From IMG/VR virus record IMGVR_UViG_3300020477_000003, positions 1-51,039 of that record: a stretch of DNA of 51,039 bases. One strand, written 5' to 3'. Below, piece after piece: positions 29,101 through 36,996 of the stretch (position 1 is the first letter of the stretch; every line of letters begins with the position of its first letter). The notes beneath the pieces were generated by a model. That model did no database searches. It saw only the letters and a program-made list of their open reading frames with translations, and was not told the DNA's origin. Position numbers and translations under genes: made by a program. The stretch comes from a virus (Duplodnaviria; Caudoviricetes).

Positions 29101-29760
29101 CGCCGTTCCACTTGTTAGTCCAGCGCCGAGTCTTTTTAGTGAGGCCTCGTATTTCTCAAGAGATTTTTTTGCGTCCGCCGCCGTGATTTGATTGCTCTTG
29201 AGTTGGTCCGACAAGCTTGAGATGTTTTTTCGCACCTCCGCCATCGCTTTAGTATTATCTTTGCCGCCGCGCCGACGGCCTTCAGGGCGTGTCTTCTCCT
29301 CCATGGCTAGCTGGGTTTTCTTTGCCGCCATGGCGGCCTTTTTCTCGGCGCTTTCCACTTTGGCGATTTGAGAGGCGGCCATGCCAGCTACATTGTTAAA
29401 TTTCTCGTAAGCCACAGAGTTTGCATCGACTGCGGCCTTTAGAGTGTTTGCGGACTGAACAACGCCCTGCATGCTTTTTTTGTACGCCTCTTGGGACTGG
29501 GCACCTTGCTTGAAATTATGTCTAAGATTTTTGTACTCTAAAACAAGATTAGACAGTGCTTCTTTTTGTTTTTTTGCCGCCGAGGCAGCTTTTTTTGAGG
29601 ACTGGGCCGAGGCATCCCCACCACCGCCAGACGATGCGGCCTGGTCGATGGTTTTCTGCATTTTGCCAATGGCGCTTTGAGCCTTTTTTATGGACTCTTG
29701 AAACTTAGAAATATCCAGCGTCAAAGACGCGGTTATTTGACCTGCTGCGTCACCAGCCAT
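26125..29760 (-). CDS. Tape measure protein
   Basis: 1211 aa, Ala/Lys-rich helical, N-terminal GQITASLTLDISKF, follows the chaperone pair. Confidence 0.88.
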   Translation of the reverse strand: MAGDAAGQITASLTLDISKFQESIKKAQSAIGKMQKTIDQAASSGGGGDASAQSSKKAASAAKKQKEALSNLVLEYKNLRHNFKQGAQSQEAYKKSMQGVVQSANTLKAAVDANSVAYEKFNNVAGMAASQIAKVESAEKKAAMAAKKTQLAMEEKTRPEGRRRGGKDNTKAMAEVRKNISSLSDQLKSNQITAADAKKSLEKYEASLKRLGAGLTSGTAAFRELNKGLAASTGMKAFINVSDTAASKMSNLTSQVDKGASKMSTVFAAMSTGGAGAARATVMSFTNITEAFQKGLMGGRQFAMFFMGDLSDAMMIGSFHASGFAKAAAAAAGSTKALLLNMAKWVIPFQMALTGLMGVLGLVAAKMGWFGAKTKDAKKEARELSGEISDLEFFLRNAGSAQRALNEAFQDFNADDAKDEIAAVKKQISQLPKLGTAVSRLKREIDDQNSSLSQAGKEIKNANRDFAKYLKIEEDLAKKTSDLNKERNTELGILESLKQARRDIYDPTVIRSEAQKKAMTEAVNKEIDLQKMKILNVENAISRTGAAARLLKGYIEGQRDALKDIVDLAPKVKEAAPKTTKKGKPEKEEEDPALKFFTDAMKEAIGQAKNLQEIINSLYEVIKEAPTGEQAGLLKSLGVKDAEAQLKKIEKRMADLKSKAFWVDPETGVILRDMEAAAAEQEKMKQDARVQAEYLKEAARAIALAQAASAVGRDVSAGEIMEMGPAKKARLSEITEQRTTAAKGMGPMLGGVDVAKKVFKNLEKGLDEVDGFGSRLQTAGLQVEKFGLAGMDASKFGKLLQKTGKNIDKVFDGVRDDLVMLGAAAVTAAASMVDAFAGAVSGDFGSVMSTIGGGVGAGVAVAAGAPPEMGQKIGSAIGAFSDMMISNMTVQTDVLNADGEFVELNMGELINWEFMDQLKVAMDAFQPLAEIVFFLASNLGGLLAAVVNMLTPVLEGIAGTLGHVFKLVFDVFAVILPLIAIVGGMIGLALQVINPFLDIVIQIIDIFMPLVAAITTLIHVFWQLDPIIALIMLGLEKLAYVMNIAAEFIAEPLDDAAKAVISFVDAIGHAIVWLGETLFDWQWLKDVGAALIASAAALEQSATTDFGAFGRDVEESAKAMAEETNQRQKATEAAKNQAEASKALNVPKGFKVEKYRYEAMNPEQSNPFTGSRLDGSMTINIENIFVEDGEDLLDQLNEANETGGLPPTGGF

Positions 29761-29975
29761 TAGCGTCTCCTAAACGAACGAGGAGATCTGCTTTTGCTTT
29801 TTGCTCTTGATTTTTCCATGGCCTTCTTCTCCGCCTCGTTCTTTATCTTGAAGTATTCGTGCCACTCCAAAAATTCTGAAACGGACAGACGCTCGGCCAA
29901 GTCATTGACGGTGGTGCCCAATGTTTCTGCTAAGAAGAACAAAAACTGGCGTTCGCCGTCTTTCTTTAGTTTTTT
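29760..29975 (-). CDS. Tail assembly chaperone frameshift extension (gpT-like)
   Basis: -1 frame after A AAA AAC reads KLKKDGERQFLFFLAETLGTTVNDL...EFLEW..YF. Confidence 0.8.
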   Translation of the reverse strand, partial: KKLKKDGERQFLFFLAETLGTTVNDLAERLSVSEFLEWHEYFKIKNEAEKKAMEKSRAKSKSRSPRSFRRR

Positions 29976-30331
29976 GCGTCTTGCTCCGCTTCGGTATTCA
30001 TTAACCGAACGGCCTCTGCCGCAAGCTCATCAACCCACCCACCGGATGGCATATTCATCAAAGTTGCCTCATCAGCCTTCTCGAAAATGTGTTCTTCCGT
30101 ATTAGGGACGTAGCAGCATTGCATAATGGCAGCGATTTGGAGCTTTGAGAAGTCCTTAATTTCGCCGGTGGTGCCACCGCCTGCGGCAGTCAAAATCTTG
30201 CTGCGCTGGCCTACGGTGGGCTGACGAATCTCTACGTCTTGGCCGTTGACTGGCATCAAGGTTGAGGCTCGCTCGGCCCCAGTGCCCAAGGTTGCTGTAC
30301 GGATTAAATCACGGATGTTGTTTTTCGGCAT
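29966..30331 (-). CDS. Tail assembly chaperone (gpG-like)
   Basis: Lies between the tail tube genes and the tape measure gene; ends ...AKN at the slippery site. Confidence 0.85.
   Translation of the reverse strand: MPKNNIRDLIRTATLGTGAERASTLMPVNGQDVEIRQPTVGQRSKILTAAGGGTTGEIKDFSKLQIAAIMQCCYVPNTEEHIFEKADEATLMNMPSGGWVDELAAEAVRLMNTEAEQDAKN
29969..29975 (-). other. Programmed -1 ribosomal frameshift slippery site AAAAAAC
   Basis: GCA AAA AAC TAA at the end of the gpG-like gene. Confidence 0.8.
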
Positions 30332-30344
30332 GTTGTCCCCTGTA

Positions 30345-31025
30345 TTATTCTTCGTTAGTGTCGCCTAGCTTGTAGGCTGCGCCACCGAGCACGACTGTTT
30401 GCCCTGCTGACTGCGGTGCGCCCTGGAATGATATACTGGTTTCAACAAGTCCGTCAACTGCGCCGGTATTCTCGTAACTCTCAATTACAATCCAAGCCCG
30501 AAGAGCTTCGGTGGTGTCAGGAAAATCAATCTCTAAAACTTTTGGCGTGCCGTCCGACATTAAATCGTAAAGTTTAATTTCGTTGCCGCCAGTGTCATAG
30601 TCCTGGTTGGGGGTCTCCAAAAGCGTAAGGGAGCCGCTTAGGTCAACCAAGCCGCTGATCTTGTTTCTAAAGGTCTCGCCATCCATTGTTGAGGAGTCAA
30701 GAATATCGGAGGACATACTGATGGAAAAATCCGTAACAGTACCAACCTCAAAACGTGGCAAGTAATCAGCATCCACAGTCACAGCGCCGGAGGGGGAGCT
30801 TGAGAAGTCAACAGTGCCGAAAAGGTAATCAACCGTATCCAGCGCGGCGGGAGTTCCGCCATCTTTGCCGACAACAGTGGTTGCCGGACTGAGAATCTGC
30901 TTGGTGGCATCGGTGACCTGAAAGCGCGATCCGGTAGATCCCACCTCATCGGCAGACTCACCGGTAAGTGTTGTAGACGTACCCGTCATGTAAAGACGGC
31001 ATAAATGTGCAGCAATAGCGGCCAT
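30345..31025 (-). CDS. Tail tube protein paralog with N-terminal insertion
   Basis: SDILDSST...FR.KISGLVD.SGS; TGAVDGLVETSISFQG. Confidence 0.7.
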   Translation of the reverse strand: MAAIAAHLCRLYMTGTSTTLTGESADEVGSTGSRFQVTDATKQILSPATTVVGKDGGTPAALDTVDYLFGTVDFSSSPSGAVTVDADYLPRFEVGTVTDFSISMSSDILDSSTMDGETFRNKISGLVDLSGSLTLLETPNQDYDTGGNEIKLYDLMSDGTPKVLEIDFPDTTEALRAWIVIESYENTGAVDGLVETSISFQGAPQSAGQTVVLGGAAYKLGDTNEE

Positions 31026-31037
31026 GCTGACCTCCTA

Positions 31038-31496
31038 TTAGCTTAGAAATTCAGGTGCGCCAGAGAGCTGGACCGAGATAGATGCCTCAACTAGACCATC
31101 GACCGCGCCAGTAATTTCCACAGACTCGATAACGCCGGATGCTGCAAAGCCTGCCTCGGTGGTAGCGCCCGCCCCAGTGAGGCCGATAAAATAATGACGA
31201 GTCTCACCGCCTGACAGGGCGTCAAAAATGTCCTTCACCGAGCCATCGCCCGTGCCTGCTTCAAAATTTGCACTAAAAGACATGGATGCGTCTTTAAGGC
31301 CCGAAAGCTTGGTGCGAAAAGAGGTGCTGTCATCAAAAGCGGTTGTGTCAAGAATGTCCGCGCTGTTGCTCAGCGTAACATCTTTTGCGCCGGCCATATC
31401 AGTGCCAGCCGCCTCAGCGGTTGAGTAATCGGTGACGAATGGGGTAGAGACTGCGCTAGAAGTGCGTAAAATAATCTCATGTGCTGCTAAAGCCAT
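31038..31496 (-). CDS. Major tail tube protein
   Basis: SADILDTTAF...FRTKLSGLKDASMS; TGAVDGLVEASISVQLSG; GGAGG RBS. Confidence 0.75.
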   Translation of the reverse strand: MALAAHEIILRTSSAVSTPFVTDYSTAEAAGTDMAGAKDVTLSNSADILDTTAFDDSTSFRTKLSGLKDASMSFSANFEAGTGDGSVKDIFDALSGGETRHYFIGLTGAGATTEAGFAASGVIESVEITGAVDGLVEASISVQLSGAPEFLS

Positions 31497-31597
31497 ATTA
31501 GTGTCCTCCAAATAGACATTGTTTCAGGGTGTAAATTAACAGATCAAACACCTAAAAAACAAATAGATCTGTTATCGCGAGCCATTTTTATAGATCT

Positions 31598-31671
31598 AAA
31601 AAAAAGAGAAGGGCAGGGAGTCGAACCCCACTGCCGGAAAGGGGAGAAAACCGGCATATCCTAACCTTCTC
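31598..31671 (-). ncRNA. tRNA-like structured RNA/terminator with C-rich loop (not a canonical tRNA)
   Basis: GAGAAGG/CCUUCUC closing stem, UGCCGG/CCGGCA stem with loop UUUUCUCCCCUUU, T-arm GGGUUCGACUCCC, then U8. Confidence 0.5.
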
Positions 31672-31677
31672 ATAGGG

Positions 31678-31709
31678 GCAAGGCCCCTTCCGAAGAAGGG
31701 GGCACTTGC
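31678..31709 (-). other. cUUCGg tetraloop hairpin just after the stop codon of the Ig-repeat gene
   Basis: CCCCUUC-UUCG-GAAGGGG. Confidence 0.7.
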
Positions 31710-31718
31710 GAGAGCAAA

Positions 31719-34364
31719 TTAAAGAGCAGCGATAGCGACTAGAGCCGCATTCAAATCCGCTTCAAGGACTTGCATTTCTGCGTCCGGCCCATTGGTTGCC
31801 TGATACGCAGCCAAATCAGCGAGCAGCGCAGGGATGGGACCCATTGCAAAACCTTGCAAGAGCGCAATCGTGCCAGGATCGCTTATGGGAGGCTGCGCCA
31901 GAGGCAGCAGGCCGTTGATTGCGGACAAAAAGTCACCGGCGGCCCACTCGAGGTAGTCCTCCTCGCTTAAGATGTTCGCATCCAGCGAAATACTTTGACT
32001 TGGGGATGCAGCAGTTGTTGCCGTTAAGGTGTCGGTGACGGCAGCGGGTGTCTGGTCGAGCTTTACTCGAATGACAACCCAGTCGTCAGCCGTCATGTCT
32101 GCAAGGGTTGCCGCCCAAGCACTATCGGCAGCGCCGCCAGTATCAATCGCCTGCATTTTGGCAAAGTTTGCGTTGGCGTCGTAGGTGTCAGTGAATTTGG
32201 CGATTTCAAATGCGCCATTAGCATCAACAGCGACATCTACAAGCTCTCCGCCAACAGGATTGACGAAATCATGCACTCTGCGATACGCAGCGGGAGTCAT
32301 TGCCATTTCTCGGTTCCCAAAATCAACATTGGTTTGATTCGGGTCGTAGGGGTATTTGATACCCAGCAAGGTCGAGCCAGCAATTGCGCCATCGCCAGCA
32401 GGGTGGAAGTTAGCACCGGACAAGGTAAGAACCAAGTCTCCTGTACCTTCCATGATGGCATCGGGAGCAACAGCGGTGAATTCGGGATCACCAGGGATGA
32501 TATCCAAAACACCAGTCAGTACAGCGGTAGCGCCGGAGCGGGTCGTTACTTCCATGTCGACCAAGCCCAGTGGGGCGTTGGACGCAACGGTAACAGTGCC
32601 GGTTGCCTTAGTGGCGCTCGTGGCACGCATGCTGAAGCTGGTGAGGCCGGATGCCGCATTGGCGGTTCCTGTTGCGTAGAGCGCGGCAGACATAGTGTCC
32701 CCAGCCTGGTAGTAGTTCACAAAATCGCCATCGGTAGCACGAAGGCCGTCGGAAGTGTTTCCAGCGTCCCAAATGTTCATGAAGTTTGTTCCGTCAATAG
32801 TGAACTCGTGTACGTGAGTGCCTGAGTTCGGACGGTCCAAAGTCAAATGGTTTTGTGCTGGGTCTGTGGACAGCGTAGGTGGTGGCAAGATAATTTCAAG
32901 CCTTGACGCAGCGTTAGAGCTGGTTGAAGAACCGCCCTCAAGCTCGACAGTAAAGTCTTGAACGGTTATTGCAGCAGCCGCACCAATTTCAACATCAACA
33001 GACAATTCAGTGTCGCTTACTTTTGTTGGGTTGGTGAGCGTAACGCCGCCTGGGTTTGCGGCCAAAACAATGTTCGCGAGATCGCCATAAAAGTTTGATC
33101 CATTAATGGTCACCGTAGTGCTGCCCATGCCGTGGTAGATGGAGCCGGCATCGCCTGCGGGCCGACCAGCAACAGAAATGTCGCTAATGGTAGGCTCAGC
33201 AGCGTCAATGCTAAAAGCTTCTGCTATTGGCAAGACCGTTTGCAGCGCTCCGCCAGCATCAAGAGCAGTAACGCGAAAACCAATGTTCGCTAAATCGCTT
33301 GGGATATTCTGGGCCATTGCCAGGTCAAAATCAACAGTATGATTTGTGCCAGCACCAGCGGGTGTGGATGCCGAGACGTTGCTAATGGTCGCAAAGCTGC
33401 TGAGAACAACATTTCCACTTCCATCTTCTTGCGTTGGGCTAGGGTTAAAGTTTCCGCCAGCGTCAACCTGTCCGACTTCAATGCGGGCAGGGGCGTCAAC
33501 ACCTTCAAGGCGGCTTCCAGAGAGTCGCAAGCTTTTGGTTTCACCAGCAGCGATTGATGTCATATTGGCACCACTTTGCTCGGCCAAAGAGGCAAGAGTA
33601 GGGGCACTGTAGTAAACAGTCAGGTTGGAAGCAAGTTCGTTGGAGTCACCAGAGTAGGTGGTGGTTTTGACTGAGTGAGACTGTCTCGAAGCATCAGCCG
33701 CAACGGTAAACGTGGCGGTGGCCTGAGTGGGGCTGTCCACAGTCATTCCGGTGAGGGTAAGGCCCTGGGCCGCGAGATCGCCGAGTGATGAAGCCATGTC
33801 TTGGTTGTTGTCCCATTTATCATAAAACTTCGTTCCGGTGATTGTGGCAGTAACCGTGTCACCCTGGTTTACGATGGGCGACCCACCTGCGTCGGCATAG
33901 GCGATGCTGGACAAGCTTGGGGCGCTAAAATAAATTCGCAGTTCGTTGGCGAAAATTGATTGCTGTTCGATGGATTCACCATCAGAGTCAGTCTGACCAG
34001 GGAGGGTTGTGACGGTAATGCTACGCAAGTCGTCGGCGTTGGCGGTTTGAATGTTTGCTGAATCGGCGGCGACCTCGATACGGGTGGTAACCTGACCGTC
34101 GCTATCAACATAAACATCCTCAACAGTAACGCCCGCGCCGCTGATACCCAGCCCTAGGGGGTTATAAGTTCTGTTTCCAGACATAATTATTTCTCTTTCT
34201 TCGCCCTCCATAATGTATGAAGGGACAATTAAATTAATGATCGGCGGGCCAAAGTCGTCAATAACATCATCAATCGACTCTTGACGCGCCTGAAAAACAA
34301 AATCGCCGGTAGTCAATATTTGACCGCCGACGACGAGGATGGTGCTATCCGATATATGAGTCAT
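31719..34364 (-). CDS. Virion protein with about six IPT/TIG Ig-like repeats
   Basis: Repeated P(T/S/I)(L/I)S...G...(T/L)I.G.NF units; lies within the structural operon. Confidence 0.7.
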   Translation of the reverse strand: MTHISDSTILVVGGQILTTGDFVFQARQESIDDVIDDFGPPIINLIVPSYIMEGEEREIIMSGNRTYNPLGLGISGAGVTVEDVYVDSDGQVTTRIEVAADSANIQTANADDLRSITVTTLPGQTDSDGESIEQQSIFANELRIYFSAPSLSSIAYADAGGSPIVNQGDTVTATITGTKFYDKWDNNQDMASSLGDLAAQGLTLTGMTVDSPTQATATFTVAADASRQSHSVKTTTYSGDSNELASNLTVYYSAPTLASLAEQSGANMTSIAAGETKSLRLSGSRLEGVDAPARIEVGQVDAGGNFNPSPTQEDGSGNVVLSSFATISNVSASTPAGAGTNHTVDFDLAMAQNIPSDLANIGFRVTALDAGGALQTVLPIAEAFSIDAAEPTISDISVAGRPAGDAGSIYHGMGSTTVTINGSNFYGDLANIVLAANPGGVTLTNPTKVSDTELSVDVEIGAAAAITVQDFTVELEGGSSTSSNAASRLEIILPPPTLSTDPAQNHLTLDRPNSGTHVHEFTIDGTNFMNIWDAGNTSDGLRATDGDFVNYYQAGDTMSAALYATGTANAASGLTSFSMRATSATKATGTVTVASNAPLGLVDMEVTTRSGATAVLTGVLDIIPGDPEFTAVAPDAIMEGTGDLVLTLSGANFHPAGDGAIAGSTLLGIKYPYDPNQTNVDFGNREMAMTPAAYRRVHDFVNPVGGELVDVAVDANGAFEIAKFTDTYDANANFAKMQAIDTGGAADSAWAATLADMTADDWVVIRVKLDQTPAAVTDTLTATTAASPSQSISLDANILSEEDYLEWAAGDFLSAINGLLPLAQPPISDPGTIALLQGFAMGPIPALLADLAAYQATNGPDAEMQVLEADLNAALVAIAAL

Positions 34365-34609
34365 CAGCTATCCCACTCTGCCTCCACATGATACCGGCGC
34401 CACACATTTTCAGCCACACAGACATAAATATGAACTCCGTCAAAATACTGCTGGCCCCTGACGCCAGGAGACGTGGGGGTTGGCTTTGTTTCAATGTATG
34501 TTTCGGTTGGGGAGAGGCTTTGTACGTTGCCTGCTTCATCAAATACGGGAATGTCACCACTCTGTACTTGTACAGGCCTGGCCATGGATTTTCCAATTAA
34601 GTAAGACAT
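34364..34609 (-). CDS. Small virion protein with tail-fibre-type motif
   Basis: PTSPGVRGQQYFDGVHIYVCVAENVWRR. Confidence 0.65.
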   Translation of the reverse strand: MSYLIGKSMARPVQVQSGDIPVFDEAGNVQSLSPTETYIETKPTPTSPGVRGQQYFDGVHIYVCVAENVWRRYHVEAEWDS

Positions 34610-34616
34610 TTTTCAC

Positions 34617-35354
34617 CTAGAAAATAAAGAAGTTCTCACCATTAGAATAGATAGAGGCAGATCCGTCGTCGTTGCTTACAACAAGAGAGGACTCGCCATC
34701 TATTGTCTCGCCCGCAGCAGGCAAAATGGTGATATTATTCGTCGCTGCGTTACCATCCTCGTCTTTGATTATATACAGTTTCCCGTCGCCAGCCAAGTTT
34801 GCCGCCTGTAATTGAAGAGTGATAGCGCCAGTGGATGTTTTGCAGCTCATAATTTTGTCGGCAACTTTTACCGTGTACGGCGACATTGCATTCGTAACGT
34901 CTACGGTTTCCAATGCGGACGGCAGCACTGGAGTTCCCGATCCAGATGTTCCATCGCTTGAGTAAATCATCATCACATCAAGATTAAAGACGGGATGCTC
35001 TGTGGGATCAAGACCGATATAAAAAGGTTCTGATGCGTCGGTTAAAACAGACGCATAGCCAGAGATTCGCGCCCTCTCCACAGCATCATAAACCATCCTT
35101 GCGAAAGTAGCGGTTGCGGTATATGTGCCGATATTGCCGCGAATATAAACAGTGACACGGGCCTCTCTGACATCGGTGCGATCTGAGCCAAAAAGAGTAA
35201 TCGGCGGCAGCCCCCCCTGGGTAAAACAAAAAATGCTGCGATGCGGGATATATCTTGATGGGGCGCGAACTGGACCGCGAAAAACGTCGGTGCCGACAGT
35301 GCCAACAAGCTCTGTTTCGAGGTGATTTGCTAAATCTAAATCAGGGGTTGGCAT
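34617..35354 (-). CDS. Tail terminator (minor capsid family) with extra C-terminal beta domain
   Basis: GTVGTDVFRG, GGLPP, P.YIGLD...F..N/D; appended AITLQL...YIIKD..GNAATNNITI...ETIDG. Confidence 0.7.
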   Translation of the reverse strand: MPTPDLDLANHLETELVGTVGTDVFRGPVRAPSRYIPHRSIFCFTQGGLPPITLFGSDRTDVREARVTVYIRGNIGTYTATATFARMVYDAVERARISGYASVLTDASEPFYIGLDPTEHPVFNLDVMMIYSSDGTSGSGTPVLPSALETVDVTNAMSPYTVKVADKIMSCKTSTGAITLQLQAANLAGDGKLYIIKDEDGNAATNNITILPAAGETIDGESSLVVSNDDGSASIYSNGENFFIF

Positions 35355-35356
35355 TT

Positions 35357-35827
35357 TTAAACCTCTCTACCGTCTTGCTTGGCCTTCTTAACAACCAGAA
35401 CCTCGGATCGACTGTTGCTTTGAGACTCGTATGGGGGATCAATTTGACGACTAAAAAACACCTGAGTCGGCTTGCGAAGAAAAGTTTTTATTGCGCTGAA
35501 AAGGCCGCGCTTAAATATTTCGTTGCTAACAGAATTGGCCAGATACTTACGATTTCTCTCTTGCGTGGCCGCGTAAAAAACATAATCGTTTTCAAATCCG
35601 GCGATGGGGCCGCCATATCCAATCTCGACCGTAGCGCGAACGCCGGTGGCCTTCGTCGCCAAATATCCAGTCGACTTTAATAGCCTCGTATCAACGGGAA
35701 CTATTTGCTGGGATTTGCGCCAAACCTCTAGTGCGCCAAAATGCGTTATCTCCTCAGATGATCTCTGAAGATTTTCTGCGATCTGATTTGTTTTTGCGAT
35801 AAAATCACTGGCGTCAAACTTAAGCAT
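35357..35827 (-). CDS. HK97 gp10-like tail completion protein
   Basis: SQQIVPVDTRLLKSTG, YA..QE, KYL. Confidence 0.7.
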   Translation of the reverse strand: MLKFDASDFIAKTNQIAENLQRSSEEITHFGALEVWRKSQQIVPVDTRLLKSTGYLATKATGVRATVEIGYGGPIAGFENDYVFYAATQERNRKYLANSVSNEIFKRGLFSAIKTFLRKPTQVFFSRQIDPPYESQSNSRSEVLVVKKAKQDGREV

Positions 35828-36160
35828 TTAGACCTCGATTTCGTAATGGTCCAAATCACCGTTTTCATCAACCAACTCTAATATGAACTTGGGGCGACGG
35901 GCAAGGGTTCGATCTAACGCGCTATCTCCAGGGAGCCACACCCGAAAATCCATCTGAATCGCAGTCTCGGTATAAATCCGATAAGTCGTATCAAGGCGCG
36001 TCCCACGGCCAAGCTCTCGGGTTCGATCAACAGGCTCAACGCGGGCAGACATCGTTCTGGGGATACCATAAGATAGCTCGCCGTCCACACCGACGCCCGT
36101 AGGGATCGCATAGCTCATTTTTTGAGCAAATTGTTTTGCGAGCTGCGGGTCGGCCATCAA
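35828..36160 (-). CDS. Head closure protein
   Basis: Size and synteny after the adaptor. Confidence 0.6.
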   Translation of the reverse strand: MMADPQLAKQFAQKMSYAIPTGVGVDGELSYGIPRTMSARVEPVDRTRELGRGTRLDTTYRIYTETAIQMDFRVWLPGDSALDRTLARRPKFILELVDENGDLDHYEIEV

Positions 36161-36585
36161 CAGTCCTCGTCGGTGCCATCAGTGGTGTTATAATCATCCA
36201 TGCCCACGCTGAATGCGGGCTGTACGGCATCAGTGTCGTCGTCAAGCGTGTTTTTACCTGAAATCGTCAGGCCGCCAGCAAATACTTCTGCGCCCAGCAG
36301 AGTGTCGCGTCTTAGCTCTTTGGCTTTTTGCGCGTAAGCATACGATCTTTGCGAGGCCCTAACTGAAAGGCGACCATTAGTCGTGTCCGCTTGACGCGCA
36401 TACTTCGACGAGATTGCGTCACACGCTGCCGCCGCCGCCGGATAAACCGTATCGGAGTACAGCGAAAGGAAATAATCCACTTCGCTGTCCTGTAAAAGCG
36501 CATCATCGCTGTCCGTATCACCCGTAAGCAGTCTGACAGCATCGCGCTTAGAGTTCTCAGGGTCCGAAGTGTAAGTAAAGGCCAT
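36157..36585 (-). CDS. Head-tail adaptor
   Basis: DAVRLLTGDTD...LLQDSEVDYFL motif. Confidence 0.75.
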   Translation of the reverse strand: MAFTYTSDPENSKRDAVRLLTGDTDSDDALLQDSEVDYFLSLYSDTVYPAAAAACDAISSKYARQADTTNGRLSVRASQRSYAYAQKAKELRRDTLLGAEVFAGGLTISGKNTLDDDTDAVQPAFSVGMDDYNTTDGTDEDC

Positions 36586-36587
36586 TT

Positions 36588-36941
36588 TTAATCCAGATCA
36601 GGCTTATGTATTGTTGCGGCCTCAAGCGTGTTTTCAGCAACAGTCTCTTTGGCCTTCGAGGAAAGAATTGATCCGATCTTCTTTTTGGTCTTCTTCTTTT
36701 TCTTGCTGGATTTTGTGGCGGGCATGGCTTCGGTAATGTCGACCTTGCCTGTGCTTGTCTTGTTCAAGGCAGGCTTGGCTTCAACGGTCGCAGTGGCAGC
36801 AGTGGTATCACCGACAGATTCAATCCAGCCCTTTGCGATAAATGCGTCAATATTAATGATCTCAGGGGCATTCTCTGGTAAGACATCGCCAATGTAGAAT
36901 ATCTGACCACCAACTTTTAAAACTCTTAAAGCTTTGTACAT
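36588..36941 (-). CDS. Hypothetical protein downstream of the capsid gene
   Basis: AAAGGAG RBS; Lys-rich tail. Confidence 0.7.
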   Translation of the reverse strand: MYKALRVLKVGGQIFYIGDVLPENAPEIINIDAFIAKGWIESVGDTTAATATVEAKPALNKTSTGKVDITEAMPATKSSKKKKKTKKKIGSILSSKAKETVAENTLEAATIHKPDLD

Positions 36942-36958
36942 GTTCGGCTCCTTTAAAG

Positions 36959-36988
36959 ACGGCCCCCCTCATAAAAAGGAGGACCGTG
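36959..36988. terminator. Hairpin after the major capsid gene
   Basis: ACGGUCCUCCU/AGGGGGGCCGU stem on the minus strand; weak U tract. Confidence 0.5.
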
Positions 36989-36996
36989 TTTTTTGA

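Noticed and set aside
31606-31671. Canonical tRNA gene
   Set aside because: No D-arm, no 7-nt anticodon loop and no CCA; kept only as a tRNA-like element
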